Positions 12,169-25,050 of a stretch of 64,000 nucleotides of DNA are shown piece by piece. The stretch's first letter is position 1. Every line of letters starts with the position of its first letter. The notes under the pieces were generated by a model that was not told where the DNA came from, made no database searches, and worked only from the letters and a program-made list of their open reading frames with translations. Source of the DNA: Pristiophorus japonicus (Eukaryota); assembly GCF_044704955.1 (NCBI RefSeq), contig NC_091995.1, forward strand, positions 99,882,001-99,946,000, in the 5' to 3' direction. A program made the translations under genes and the position numbers.

Positions 12169-12809
12169 CTGACTCTCACTGGGGTACAGTCCCACACACA
12201 CCGACTCTCACTGGGGTATGGGTCCCACACACACTGACTCTCACTGGGGTATGGGTCCCACACACACTGACTCTCACTGGGGTACAGGTCCCACACACAC
12301 TGACTCTCACTGGGGTATGGGTCCCACACACACTGACTCTCACTGGGGTACAGGTCCCACACACACTGACTCTCACTGGGGTACAGTCCCACACTCACTG
12401 ACTCTCACTGGGGTATGGGTCCCACACACACTGACTCTCACTGGGGTACAGTCCCACACACAATGACTCTCACTGGGATACAGGTCCCACACACACTGAC
12501 TCTCACTGGGGTACAGTCCCACACACACTGACTCTCACTGGGATACAGGTCCCACACACACTGACTCTCACTGGGGTACAGTCCCACACACACTGACTCT
12601 CACTGGGATACAGGTCCCACACACACTGACTCTCACTGGGGTACGGGTCCCACACACATTGACTCTCACTGGGGTACGGTCCCACACACACTGACTCTCA
12701 CTGGGGTACGGGTCCCACACACACTGACTCTCACTGGGATACGGGTCCCACACACACTGACTCTCAGTGGGGTACAGTCCCACACACACTGACTCTCACT
12801 GGGGTACAG
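12169..12809. repeat. 32-33-bp minisatellite CTGACTCTCACTGGGGTACAGGTCCCACACACA
   Basis: About 19 tandem units in the ZBTB45 intron. Confidence 0.95.
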
Positions 12810-13737
12810 GTTACATGGGTCTTGATATGCGGAGGCTACCCATAACATCCAGCCTGTCCCAGCTGACTGTAACTAACAGCACAGACTGTCAGACAGGCTG
12901 TGAACCGTCCTGCTCTATTTGCCTGCTGCCCTTACCAAGTGATATATCGGGAGAGGAGAGAACGTTGGGGGAGGGGGCCTAGAAATCGATCACTTTTATC
13001 CAAAATGTCTTGTAGTATTTTATGAATTGGAGCAGTATCTGCATTCAGTATCTAATTCGTACCCGAACAGGATGTGCAGCATAAGCGGGTGACCGGGGTA
13101 CAGTATCATCGAGCTGTGTTTTTGGGATTCTGTGCAACATGTTGATACGAGCACTGCTTGTACAATACTGAGCATCTTTACTGTGCAGCTGTGTCTAGGG
13201 CAATCACCAATAGTCTCGCAACAAGCCAGTGAGAAAGCCGACCAGAGGATAACTGCAGCAGGAAGTGGACAGACTGAGGATGGTCTGGAAATGTGGATGT
13301 TGTAGAGTCGTGTTTGCAGGGAGCACAGTGATTGCTGTGGGCTGTCAACTCAAGGCGAGGCAAGAGGGGCGAGGGCCATCACTGTTGTAATGTAGGCTGT
13401 AAGACAGGGATGTCAGTTAGGATGCTTGAGTTTTGAAAGCATGTCGGTTGGAGGGAGGGAGGGAGATGAGGGATTCCCAGTTTTGATGTCTGGGAAAGTA
13501 TGGGTTGGAGTCGGAGAGAGTGCAATATGGAAGGAACGTGAGGAACACGAGACAAATGTTTATGTAAAAGAAAGAAATACTTACAATTTTATATAGCGTC
13601 TTTCACGACCAGTGTAGTCACTGTTGAATTGTGGGATGTCTGGCAATAGTCTAATTGATGAGTTCCGATCATGTTTGGAGCCGTCAGTCCCTCGAGCTCA
13701 GTCGTCCAGTCCGCCAGCATTTGCCATTTCAAGACGG

Positions 13738-13920
13738 CCAATACTGGGATTAGCACAGGTCAAGGGGTAAACGGCCGGCCAACACTGGGAGGAGCACGGG
13801 TCAGGGGGTAAACAGCCAGCCAACACCAGGAGTAGCACAGGTCGGGGGCTAAATGTCCAGCTCACACTGGGATTGGCACGGGTCAGGGGGTAAACGGCCG
13901 GCCAACACCGGGAGTAGCAC
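13738..13920. repeat. Diverged 5' part of the ~41-bp CACCGGGAGTAGCACGGGTC... minisatellite
   Basis: Same motif as 14885-14972 and 18022-19715, interrupted by LINEs. Confidence 0.85.
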
Positions 13921-14884
13921 ATCAATGATTTAGATGAAGGAATTGAGTGTAATATCTTAAAGTTTGCAGATGACACTAAGCTGGGTGGCGGTGTGAGCTG
14001 TGAGGAGGAAGCTAAGAGGCTGCAGGGTGACTTGGACAGGTTAGGTGAGTGGGCAAATACATGGCAGATGCAGTATAATGTGGATAAATGTGAGGTTATC
14101 CACTTTGGTGGCAAAAACACGAAGGCAGAATATTATCTGAATGGCGGCAGATTAGGAAAAGGGGGAGGTGCAATGAGACCTGGGTGTCATGGTACATCAG
14201 TCATTGAAAGTTGGCATGCAGGTACAGCAGGCGGTGAAGAAGGCAAATGGTATGTTGGCCTTCATAGCTAGGGGATTTGAGTTTAGGAGCAGGGAGGTCT
14301 TACTGCAGTTGTACAGGGCCTTGGTGAGGCCTCACCTGGAATATTGTGTGCAGTTTTGGTCTCCTAATCTGAGGAAGGACGTTCTTGCTATTGAGGGAGT
14401 GCAGTGAAGGTTCACCAGACTGATTCCCGGGATGGCAGAACTGACCTATGAGGAGAGACTGGATTGACTGGGCCTGTATTCACTGGAGTTTAGAAGGATG
14501 AGAGGGGATCTCATAGAAACATATAACATTCTGACGGGACTGGACAGGTTAGATGCAGGAAGAATGTTCCCGATATTGGGGAAGTCCAGAACCAGGGGAC
14601 ACAGTCTAAGGATAAGGGGTAGGCCATTTAGGACTGAAATGAGGAGAAACTTTTTCACTCAGAGAGTTGTTAATCTATGAAATTCTCGACCACAGAAAGT
14701 TGTTGATGCCAGTTCATTGGATATATTCAAGAGGGAGTTAGATGTGGCCCTTACGGCTAAAGGGATCAAGGGGTATGGAGAGAAAGCAGGAAAGGGGTAC
14801 TGAGGGAATGATCAGCCATGATCTTATTGAATGGTGGTGCAGGCTCGAAGGGCCGAATGGCCTACTCCTGCACCTATTTTCTAT
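13921..14884 (+). mobile_element. 5'-truncated CR1 LINE (RT C-terminus to 3' tail), frameshifted
   Basis: [25 protein letters not shown] and FFTQRVV motifs; tail ATTTTCTATG. Confidence 0.95.
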
Positions 14885-14988
14885 GGTCAGGGGTAAACAG
14901 CCGGCCAACACCGGGAGTAGCACGGGTTGGGGGTGGGGAGGGGGAAGGGGGGCGGGGCGGGTAAATGGGCGACCAGTGGATGTGGTGT

Positions 14989-16749
14989 ATGTGGAAATGG
15001 CTGAGACCGTAAACAATTATTTTGCTTCGGTCTTCACAGTGGAAGACACAAAAACCATGCCAAAAATTGCTGGTCACGGGAATGTGGGCAGGGAGGACCT
15101 TGAGATAATCACTATCACTAGGGGGGTATTGCTGGACAGACTAATGGGACTCAAGGTAGACAAGTCCCCTGGTCCGGATGAAATGCATCCCAGGGTATTA
15201 AAAGAGATGGCAGAAATTATAGCAGATGCATTCGTTATAATCTACCAAAATTCTCTGGACTCTGGGGAGGTACCAGTGGATTGGAAAGCAGCTAATGTAA
15301 CGCCTCTGTTTAAAAAAGAGGGCAGACAAAAGGCAGGTAACTATAGGCCGTTAGTTTAACATCTGTAGTGGGGAAAATGCTTGAAGCTATCATGAAGAAA
15401 GAAATCGCGGGACATCTAGATAGGAATAGTGCAATCAAGCAGACGCAACATGGATTCATGAAGGGGAAATCATGTTTAACTAATTTACTGAAATTCTTTG
15501 AGGATATAACGAGCATGGTGGATAGAGGTGTACCGATGGATGTGGTGTATTTAGATTTCCAAAAGGCATTCGATAATGTGCCACACAAAAGGTTACTGCA
15601 GAAGAGAAAGGTACGCGGAGTCAGAGGAAATGTATTAGCATGGATCGAGAATTGGCTGGCTAACAGAAAGCAGAGAGTCGGGTTAAATGGGTCCTTTTCA
15701 GGTTGGAAATCGGTGGTTAGTGGTGTGCCACAGGGATCGGTGCTGGGACCACAACTGTTTACAATATACATAGGTGACCTGGAAGAGGGGACAGAGTGTA
15801 GTGGAACAAAATTTGCAGATGACACAAAGATTATGGGAAAGTGGGTTGTGTAAAGGACACAGAGAGGCTGCAAAGAGATTTAGATAGGTTAAGCGAATGG
15901 GCTAAGGTTTGGCAGATGGAATACAATGTCGGAAAGTGTGAGGTCATCCACCTTGGGGAAAAAAAAACAGTAAAAGGGAATATTATTTGAATGGGGAGAA
16001 ATTACAACATGCTGAGGTGCAGAGGGACCTGGGGGTCCTTGTGCATGAATCCCAAAAAGTTAGTTTGCAGGTGCAGCAGGTAATCAGGAAGGTGAATGGA
16101 ATGTTGTCCTTCATTGCGAGAGGGATGGAGTACAAAAGCAGGGAGGTCCTGCTGCAACTGTATAGGGTATTGGTGAGGCCACACCTGGAGTACTGCGTGC
16201 AGTTTTGGTCACCTTACTTAAGGAAGGATATAATAGCTTTGGAGGGGGTACAGAGACGATTCACTAGGCTGATTCCGGAGATGAGGGTGTTACCTTATGA
16301 TGATAGATTGAGTAGACTGGGTCTTTACTCATTGGAGTTCAGAAGGATGAGGGGTGATCTCATAGAAACATTTAAAATAATGAAAGGGATAGACAAGATA
16401 GAGGCGGAGAGGTTGTTTCCACTGGTCGGGGAGACTAGAACTAGGGGGCACAGCCTCAAAATACGGGGGAGCCAATTTAAAACCGAGTTGAGAAGGAATT
16501 TCTTCTCCCAGAGGGTTGTGAATCTGTGGAATTCTCTGCCCAAGGAAGCAGTTGAGGCTAGCTCATTGAATGTATTCAAATCACAGATAGATAGATTTTT
16601 AACCAATAAGAGAATTAAGGGTTCCGGAGAGCGGGCAGGTAAGTGGAGCTGAGTCCACGGCCAGATCAGCCATGATCTCGTTGAATGGCGGAGCAGGCTC
16701 GAGGGGCTAGATGGCCTACTCCTGTTCCTAATTCTTATGTTCTTATGTT
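14989..16749 (+). mobile_element. 5'-truncated CR1 LINE, second subfamily
   Basis: [48 protein letters not shown] and FADD motifs; frameshifts; tail TTCTTATGTTCTTATG. Confidence 0.96.
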
Positions 16750-17424
16750 ATTGAAAGTTGGCAGGTTCAGCAGGCATTGAAGAAGGCAAATGGTATGTTG
16801 GCTTTCATAGCTACGGGATTTGAGTATAGGAGCAGGGAGGTCTTATTGCACTTAGTGAGGCCTCACCTGGAATATTGTGTTCAGTTTTGGTCTCCTAATC
16901 TGAGGAAGGACATTCTTGCTATTGAGGGAGTGCAGCGAAGGTTCACCAGACTGATTCCCGGGATGGCAGGACTGTCATATGAGGAGAGACTGGATCAACT
17001 GGGCCTATATTCACTGAAGTTTAGAATAATGAGAGGGGATCTCATCGAAACATATAAGATTCTGACGCGACTGGACAGGTTAAATGCAGGAAGAATATTC
17101 CCGATGTTGGGGAAGTCCAGAACCAGGGGACAAAGTCTAAGGATATGCGGTAAGCCATTTAGGACCGAGATGAGGAGAAACTTCTTCACTCAGAGGGTTG
17201 TTAACCTGTGGAATTCCCTGCCGCAGAGAGTTGTTGATGTCAGTTCATTGGATATATTCACGAGGGAGTTAGATATGGCCCTTACAGCTAGGGGTATCAA
17301 GGGGTAGGGAGAGAAAGCAGGAAAGGGGTACTGAGGTGAATGATCAACCATGATCTTATTGAATGGTGGTGCAGGCTCGAAGGGCCGAATGGCCTACTCC
17401 TGCACCTATTTTCTATGTTTCTAT
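16750..17424 (+). mobile_element. CR1 LINE 3' fragment
   Basis: KKANGMLAFIA...ARGIKG; tail TTCTATGTTTCTAT. Confidence 0.93.
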
Positions 17425-18024
17425 AAAAGCAGGGAAGTCTTAGTACAGCTAGAAAAGGTATTGGTGAGGCCACATCTGGAGTACTGCGTGCAGTTTTGGT
17501 TTCCATATTTACAAAAGGATATACTTGCTTTGGAGACAGTTCAGAGAAGGTTCACTCGGTTGATTCTGGAGATGAGGAGGTTGACTTATGAAGAAAGATT
17601 GAGGAGGTTGGGCCTCTACTCATTGGAATTCAGAAGAATGAGAGGTGATCTTATCGAAACATATAAGATTCTGAGGGGGCTTGACAAGGTGGATGCAGAG
17701 AGGATGTTTCCATTGATGGGGGAGACTAGAACTAGGGGGCATGGTCTTAGAATAAGGGGCCGCCCATTTAAAACTGAGATGAGGAGAAATTTCTTCTCTG
17801 AGGGTTGTAAATTTGTGGAATTCGCTGCCTCAGAGAGCTGTGGAAGCCGTTGAATAAATTTAAGACAGAAATACAGTTTCTTAAACGATAAGGGGTTATG
17901 GGGAGCGGGTGGGGAATTGGAGCTTAGTCCATGATCAGATCAGCCATGATATTAAATGGCGGAGCAGGTTCGAGGGGCTGTATGGCTTCCGACTGCTCTT
18001 ATTTCTTAAGTTGTTACGTTCTTA
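17425..18024 (+). mobile_element. CR1 LINE 3' fragment, third subfamily
   Basis: KSREVL...[15 protein letters not shown]...FKTEMRRNFFS, with 3' UTR and degenerate tail. Confidence 0.92.
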
Positions 18025-19715
18025 TCACCGGGAGTGGCACGGGTCGGTGGGGTAAACGGGCGACCATCACCGGGAGTAGCACGGGTCAGGGGGTAAACGG
18101 GCGACCATCACCGGGAGTAGCACGGGTCGGGGGGGTAAACGGCCAGTCATCACCGGGAGTGGCACGGGTCAGGGGGTAAACGGGCGACCATCACCGGGAG
18201 TAGCACGGGTCAGGGGGTAAACGGGCGACCATCACCGGGAGTAGCACGGGTCGGGGGGGTAAACAGGTGACCATCACCGGGAGTAGCACGGGTCGGGGGG
18301 GGTTAACAGCCAATCAACACTGGGAGTAGCACGGGTCGGGGGGGGTAAACAGGTGACCATCACCGGGTGTAGCACGGGTTGGGGGGGGTTAACAGCCAAT
18401 CAACACTGGGAGTAGCACGGGTCGGGGGGTAAACGGCCAGTCATCACCGGGAGTAGCACGGGTCGGGGGGTAAACGGCCAGTCATCACCGGGAGTAGCAC
18501 GGGTCAGGGGGTAAATGGGCAACCATCACCGGGAGTAGCACGGGTCAGGGGGTAAACGGGCGATCATCACCGGGAGTAGCACGGGTCAGGGGGTAAATGG
18601 GCAACCATCACCGGGAGTAGCACGGGTTGGGGGGTAAACGGCCAGTCATCACCGGGAGTGGCACGGGTCGGGGGGTAAATGGGCAACCATCACCGGGAGT
18701 AGCACGGGTCGGGGGGTAAATGGGCAACCATCACCGGGAGTAGCACGGGTCGGGGGGTAAATGGGCAACCATCACCGGGAGTAGCACGGGTCAGGGGGTA
18801 AATGGGCAACCATCACCGGGAGTAGCACGGGTCGGGGGGTAAACAGGTGACCATCACCGGGAGTAGCACGGGTCGGGGGGGTAAACGGGCGACCATCACC
18901 GGGAGTAGCACGGGTCGGGGGGGTAAACAGGTGACCATCACCGGGAGTAGCACGGGTCGGGGGGGTAAACGGGCGATCATCACCGGGAGTAGCACGGGTC
19001 GGGGGGGGTAAACGGGCGATCATCACCGGGAGTAGCACGGGTCGGGGGGGTAAACGGGCGATCATCACCGGGAGTAGCACGGGTCGGGGGGTAAACAGGT
19101 GACCATCACCGGGAGTGGCACGGGTCGGGGGGGTAAACAGGTGACCATCACCGGGAGTAGCACGGGTCGGGGGGGTAAACGGCCGGTCATCACCAGGAGT
19201 AGCACGGGTCGGGGGGGTAAACAGGTGACCATCACCGGGAGTAGCACGGGTCGGGGGGGTAAACAGGTGACCATCACCGGGAGTAGCACGGGTCGGGGGG
19301 GTAAACAGGTGACCATCACCGGGAGTAGCACGGGTCGGGGGGGTAAACAGGTGACCATCACCGGGAGTAGCACGGGTCGGGGGGGTAAACAGGTGACCAT
19401 CACCGGGAGTAGCACGGGTCGGGGGGGTAAACAGGTGACCATCACCGGGAGTAGCACGGGTCGGGGGGGTAAACAGGTGACCATCACCGGGAGTAGCACG
19501 GGTTGGGGGGGGTAAACAGGTGACCATCACCGGGAGTAGCACGGGTCGGGGGGGTAAACAGGTGACCATCACCGGGAGTAGCACGGGTTGGGGGGGTAAA
19601 CAGGTGACCATCACCGGGAGTAGCACGGGTCGGGGGGGTAAACAGGTGACCATCACCGGGAGTAGCACGGGTCGGGGGGGTAAACGGGCGATCATCACCG
19701 GGAGTAGCACGGGGG
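18022..19715. repeat. ~40-42-bp minisatellite CACCGGGAGTAGCACGGGTCGGGGGGGTAAACAGGTGACCAT
   Basis: About 40 tandem units with a variable G-run. Confidence 0.97.
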
Positions 19716-20063
19716 TAACGAGGCTGCAATCAGCTGATACTTGAAGGTTGATCTCTGAGTTACGAATTGTGTATTTTTCCTCGCTATCCTCCCTCCCTTC
19801 TCCCCTGAAGATGCTGAGTCTCACTGGGGTGTATAACAGGGGCTGGCCGAGACCAATCTCAGTCCCCATCCCCCCCCCGGACCGGCTAACGTGGCTCAGG
19901 CTGGGCATGGAAGGTGAACGGATGCACAGTGTGGATCATTATCGCACCAGTGACACGTTCACACAATCCGCTGCTTATTGCTCGGGGTCTAATGGTCATT
20001 TTCTGCAGTTGAAGTCTCTCTCTTTGATTTACAATTTCTTTTCTCTCCCCACCTCCTCCACAG

Positions 20064-20320
20064 GTGAGAAACCTCATCAATGCAGTGTGTGCTGGCGGTC
20101 ATTCTCGCTTAGGGACTACTTGATAAAGCACATGGTGACACACACAGGAGTGCGAGCATACCAGTGTCCCGTGTGCAATAAACGCTTCACGCAAAAGAGC
20201 TCCCTGAATGTGCACATGCGTCTGCATCGTGGTGAGAAGGCCTTCGAGTGTCACGTCTGCAACAAGCGTTTCTCTCACAAGACTCTGCTGGAGAGGCACA
20301 TGGCCACACACATAATCTAA
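20064..20320 (+). CDS. ZBTB45: ZBTB45 last coding exon: C2H2 fingers 2-4 (spliced protein 603 aa)
   Basis: Polypyrimidine acceptor CCACAG at 20062-63, phase 1, completes the TGEKP linker. [31 protein letters not shown]...[12 protein letters not shown], stop TAA. Total CDS 1555+257=1812 nt. Confidence 0.92.
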
Positions 20321-20360
20321 AGCAGACTTTGCACCAGGCTGGGCCTGGCCTGGCCGAGCC

Positions 20361-21220
20361 NNNNNNNNNNNNNNNNNNNNNNNNNNNNNNNNNNNNNNNN
20401 NNNNNNNNNNNNNNNNNNNNNNNNNNNNNNNNNNNNNNNNNNNNNNNNNNNNNNNNNNNNNNNNNNNNNNNNNNNNNNNNNNNNNNNNNNNNNNNNNNNN
20501 NNNNNNNNNNNNNNNNNNNNNNNNNNNNNNNNNNNNNNNNNNNNNNNNNNNACGCACACACACACAAACAGACACACACGCACACAGACAGACAGANNNN
20601 NNNNNNNNNNNNNNNNNNNNNNNNNNNNNNNNNNNNNNNNNNNNNNNNNNNNNNNNNNNNNNNNNNNNNNNNNNNNNNNNNNNNNNNNNNNNNNNNNNNN
20701 NNNNNNNNNNNNNNNNNNNNNNNNNNNNNNNNNNNNNNNNNNNNNACGCACNNNNNNNNNNNNNNNNNNNNNNNNNNNNNNNNNNNNNNNNNNNNNNNNN
20801 NNNNNNNNNNNNNNNNNNNNNNNNNNNNNNNNNNNNNNNNNNNNNNNNNNNNNNNNNNNNNNNNNNNNNNNNNNNNNNNNNNNNNNNNNNNNNNNNNNNN
20901 NNNNNNNNNNNNNNNNNNNNNNNNNNNNNNNNNNNNNNNNNNNNNNNNNNNNNNNNNNNNNNNNNNNNNNNNNNNNNNNNNNNNNNNNNNNNNNNNNNNN
21001 NNNNNNNNNNNNNNNNNNNNNNNNNNNNNNNNNNNNNNNNNNNNNNNNNNCACACGCTCACACAGACAGACACACGCTNNNNNNNNNNNNNNNNNNNNNN
21101 NNNNNNNNNNNNNNNNNNNNNNNNNNNNNNNNNNNNNNNNNNNNNNNNNNNNNNNNNNNNNNNNNNNNNNNNNNNNNNNNNNNNNNNNNNNNNNNNNNNN
21201 NNNNNNNNNNNNNNNNNNNN
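20361..21220. other. Undetermined bases (N runs) interleaved with CA-repeat islands in the ZBTB45 3' UTR
   Basis: Four N blocks separated by CACACA-type remnants. Confidence 0.95.
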
Positions 21221-21906
21221 GGATTTACCTGGGATAACTGTGTGTTGGACAGACCCATGCCACACACACCAGGGGTTTACCCAGAGATTGAAACCAGCCA
21301 AAGTGTGAGCACAGGATGGGCATGAGGTGGACACAGCGTAAAACTGGGCATAGCTCCTCCAAGGCTACGTGACTGGATGGCCCATCCAGGGTGGTACTGA
21401 AACAACACAGAGCAAGAGGGAACCAGCTTTGCCCCCCCCCCCCCCCCCCAGTTTGTCGGGGTAATTAAACTCGCCGATAAGGATAACGCAGGGATTAGGG
21501 AGGGACACCAGGCAGCATTCACGAACCATTAGAAGGTGTGCTGATGTTGAGCGTGGAGACGATGCCCCTCACAGTTGAATAGCCCGTTGAGTTTTTCAGT
21601 CTGGGCTCTCACGTGAAGACTGGGCTGTATCCATGCCCGCCTGGATACCTGCTTCAGTCAGGGATGGGGTGAGTTTAATAGCGTGTTGTTTGCAGAGCAC
21701 TACACATTGTAACCATTGGGTGGGTGAAACTCCAGTGCTGAAAAGTCATAAATCCGCTTAAAATAAATGGATTAATGACATTGTTCAAATTGTGCACAGC
21801 AATTTGAGACAAATGCTTTGATCAGTGGAGTAAAACTAACAGCCTGAGAAATCTGGGCATTCAGTGCAGGGGCAGCTTGGAGCACTGATGGACCCCCTCC
21901 CCCTCC

Positions 21907-22893
21907 ATAAGAACACAAGAAATAGGAGCAGGAGTCGGCCATTCGGCCCCTCGAGCCTGCTCCGCCATTCAATAAGATCATGGCTGATCCGATCATGGAC
22001 TCAGCTCCACTTCCCCGCCCACTCCCCATAACCCCTTATCGTTTAAGAAACTGTCTATTTCTGTCTTAAATTTATTCAATGTCCCAGCCTCCACAGCTCT
22101 CTGAGGCAGTGAATTCTACAGATTTGCAACCCTCAGAGAAGAAATTTCTCCTCATCTCAGTTTTAAATGGGTGGCCCCTTATTCTAAGACTATGCCCCCT
22201 AATTCTAGTCTCCCCCATCAGTGGAAACAACCTCTCTGCATTCACCTTGTCAAGCCCCCTCAGAATCTTTTATGTTTCAATAAGATCACCTCTCATTCTT
22301 CTGAAATCCAATGAGTAGAGGCCCAACCTACTCACCTTTCCTCATAAGTCAACCCCCTCATCTCCTGAATCAACCTAGTGAACCTTCTCTGAACTGCCCC
22401 CAAAGCAAGAATATCCTTTCGTAAATATGGAAACCAAAACTGCACGCAATATTCCAGGTGTGGCCTCACCAATACCCTGTATAACTGTAGCAAGACTTCC
22501 CTGCTTTTATACTCCATCCCCCTTTGCAATAAAGGCCAAGATTCCATTATCCTTCCTGATCACTTGCTGTATCTGCATACTATCCTTTTGTGTTTAATGC
22601 ACAAGTACCCCCAGGTCCCACTCTATTGCGGCACTTTGCAATCTTTATTTAAATAATAACTTGCTCTTTGATTTTTTTTCTGCCAAAGTGCATGACCTCA
22701 CACTTTCTAACATTATACTCCATCTGCTAAATTTTTGCCCACTCACTTACCCTGTCTATGTCCTTTTGCAGATTTTTTGTGTCCTCCTCACACATTGCTT
22801 TTCCTCCCATCTTTGTATCGTCAGCAAACTTGGCTACATTACACTCGGTCCCTTCTTCCAAGTGGTTAATATAGATTGTAAATAGTTGGGTCC
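21907..22893 (-). mobile_element. 5'-truncated CR1 LINE
   Basis: Minus translations KFADDTKMGG and [15 protein letters not shown]; tail CATAAGAACACAAG on the plus strand. Confidence 0.94.
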
Positions 22894-23544
22894 CAGCTCC
22901 ACTTCCACAGCAGCCCCTCAGCTTCACTGTCAACCTGTCCAACTACAATTCATTATTAAACTGATAAATGGAACAGTTGGTTACTGCAGCTATGCCCTTC
23001 CTAGTATCTTTAAACACTGTCTGAAATATTTAATTCTAGATTGTGGCGCTCTGATGTGTTTCGGGAATCACGGTCGAGAGTTAAATCCAGCACTGTTCTC
23101 CACATCCCTGTTTGTCCCACTCTCCCTTCTCACTGCCCCTTCTGTTTGGCTAAAGCTGCCTCGATTACCTGCAAAATGTGCAGGGACCTGAGTCCCCGGC
23201 AGTTCCACAGTGTTCACACTCTTCGGGGACCTCCACCACTGTCCCACTCGACTGGAGCTACCTTCCTTTGCGTATCAGTGACGGGCGTCCTCAGGACCCC
23301 CCCTCCTTGGGGTCACATCCAGGTTGCTGCACACTGGTGATCGTATTCTGGAGGGCGGGCTGCCCAATGGGCTCACCCTCCCTCCAGGAAGGCCTGACAA
23401 GTGCCCCTTGGCATTGGGCAGCTTTTCCCCACAATCCCAGCCTCGCCCCCCAGGTGAGCTTGCATGCTCTACGGAGGCTGTGTAACCCCTCCCTAGGCCT
23501 TCCCCAGAGTTGGAAATGTGGGGGCCCCTGCCTTGCTCCTTCCA

Positions 23545-24600
23545 ACCGCTGGGCCATGTAATAGGTCAATGGGGGGCCCATAGGCCCAGCCCCACTCCCT
23601 CTGACCGCTGTCGTAGGTCAATGGGGGCCCATAGGCCCAGCCCCACTCCCTCTGACCGCTGGGCCATGTAATAGGTCAATGGGGGGCCCATAGGCCCAGC
23701 CCCACTCCCTCTGACCGCTGGGCCATGTAATGGGTCAATGGGGGCCCATAGGCCCAGCCCCACTCCCTCTGACCGCTGTCATAGGTCAATGGGGGATCAT
23801 AGGCCCAGCCCCACTCCCTCTGACCGCTGGGCCATGTAATAGGTCAATGGGGGCCCATAGGCCCAGCCCCACTCCCTCTGACCGCTGGGCCCTGCCTCAC
23901 TCTGACCGCTGTCGTAGGTCAATGGGGGCCCATAGGCCCAGCCCCACTCCCTCTGACCGCTGGGCCATGTAATAGGTCAATGGGGGGCCATAGGCCCAGC
24001 CCCACTCCCTCTGACCGCTGGGCCATGTAATGGGTCAATGGGGGCCCCATAGGCCCAGCCCCACTCCCTCTGACCGCTGGGCCATGTAATGGGTCAATGG
24101 GGGCCCATAGGCCCAGCCCCACTCCCTCTGACCGCTGGGCCCTGCCTCACTCTGACCGCTGTCGTAGGTCAATGGGCGCCCATAGGCCCAGCCCCACTCC
24201 CTCTGACCGCTGGGCCATGTAATGGGTCAATGGGGGCCCCATAGGCCCAGCCCCACTCCCTCTGACCGCTGGGCCATGTAATGGGTCAATGGGGCGCCCA
24301 TAGGCCCAGCCCCACTCCCTCTGACCGCTGGGCCATGTAATGGGTCAATGGAGGCCCCGAGGCCCTGCCTCACTCTGACCGCTGTAATGGGTCAATGGAG
24401 GCCCAGCCTCACTCTTTCTGACCGCTGGGCCATGGACTGGGTCAATGGGGCCCCCGAAGCCCTGCCTCCCTCTGACCGCTGTAATGGGTCAATGGAAACC
24501 CCAGCCCCGCTCCCTCTGACCGCTAAGCCATGTAATGGGTCAATGTGGCCCAGCCTCACTCTTTCTGACCACTGGGCCATGGACTGAGTCAATGGGGCCC
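23545..24600. repeat. ~52-59-bp minisatellite GGGCCATGTAATAGGTCAATGGGGGCCCATAGGCCCAGCCCCACTCCCTCTGACCGCT
   Basis: Tandem units with variants that degenerate toward the right end. Confidence 0.95.
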
Positions 24601-24884
24601 CATCCGGAGGCTCAGCAGTGTGCCCAGTGTAGGGCTGGACCGAGCGTGTCTGTGTCCTGGATTAATTTCTGGTGCATTCCCACCTGAATTGCTGAAGGTG
24701 CGCACTGGGCGGGCCAAGGATTTTCACTACTCCCTCTACCAGTTTTCAATGTAGAGCAAAGAATGTGCATTTATCCAGCACACCTCAGCCTCTGACCTTC
24801 CCAGCCAAGTTGCAGGGTACGAAACCCTCGTCTGTGGTCAATCTCATCCAGGTTGATATTGGGAGTGCTATAGAGCGTGAGAGA

Positions 24885-25050
24885 TGGAGCAGGTGGTGGC
24901 CATTCGGTCCCTCGAGCCTGCTCCTCCATGCAATAAGATTGTGGCTGATCTTTGACCTCAACTCCCGATCCCCATATCCCTTGATTCCCCTAGAGTCCAA
25001 AAATCTATCGATCTCTGCCTTGAATACTCAACGTCTCAGCATCCACAACC
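24885..25050 (-). mobile_element. CR1 3'-end fragment
   Basis: Minus translation DSRGIKGYGD followed by the AGGCTCGAGGGACCGAATGGCC-type 3' UTR. Confidence 0.75.

Noticed and set aside
20099-21334. ORFs containing X runs
   Set aside because: They span N gaps.
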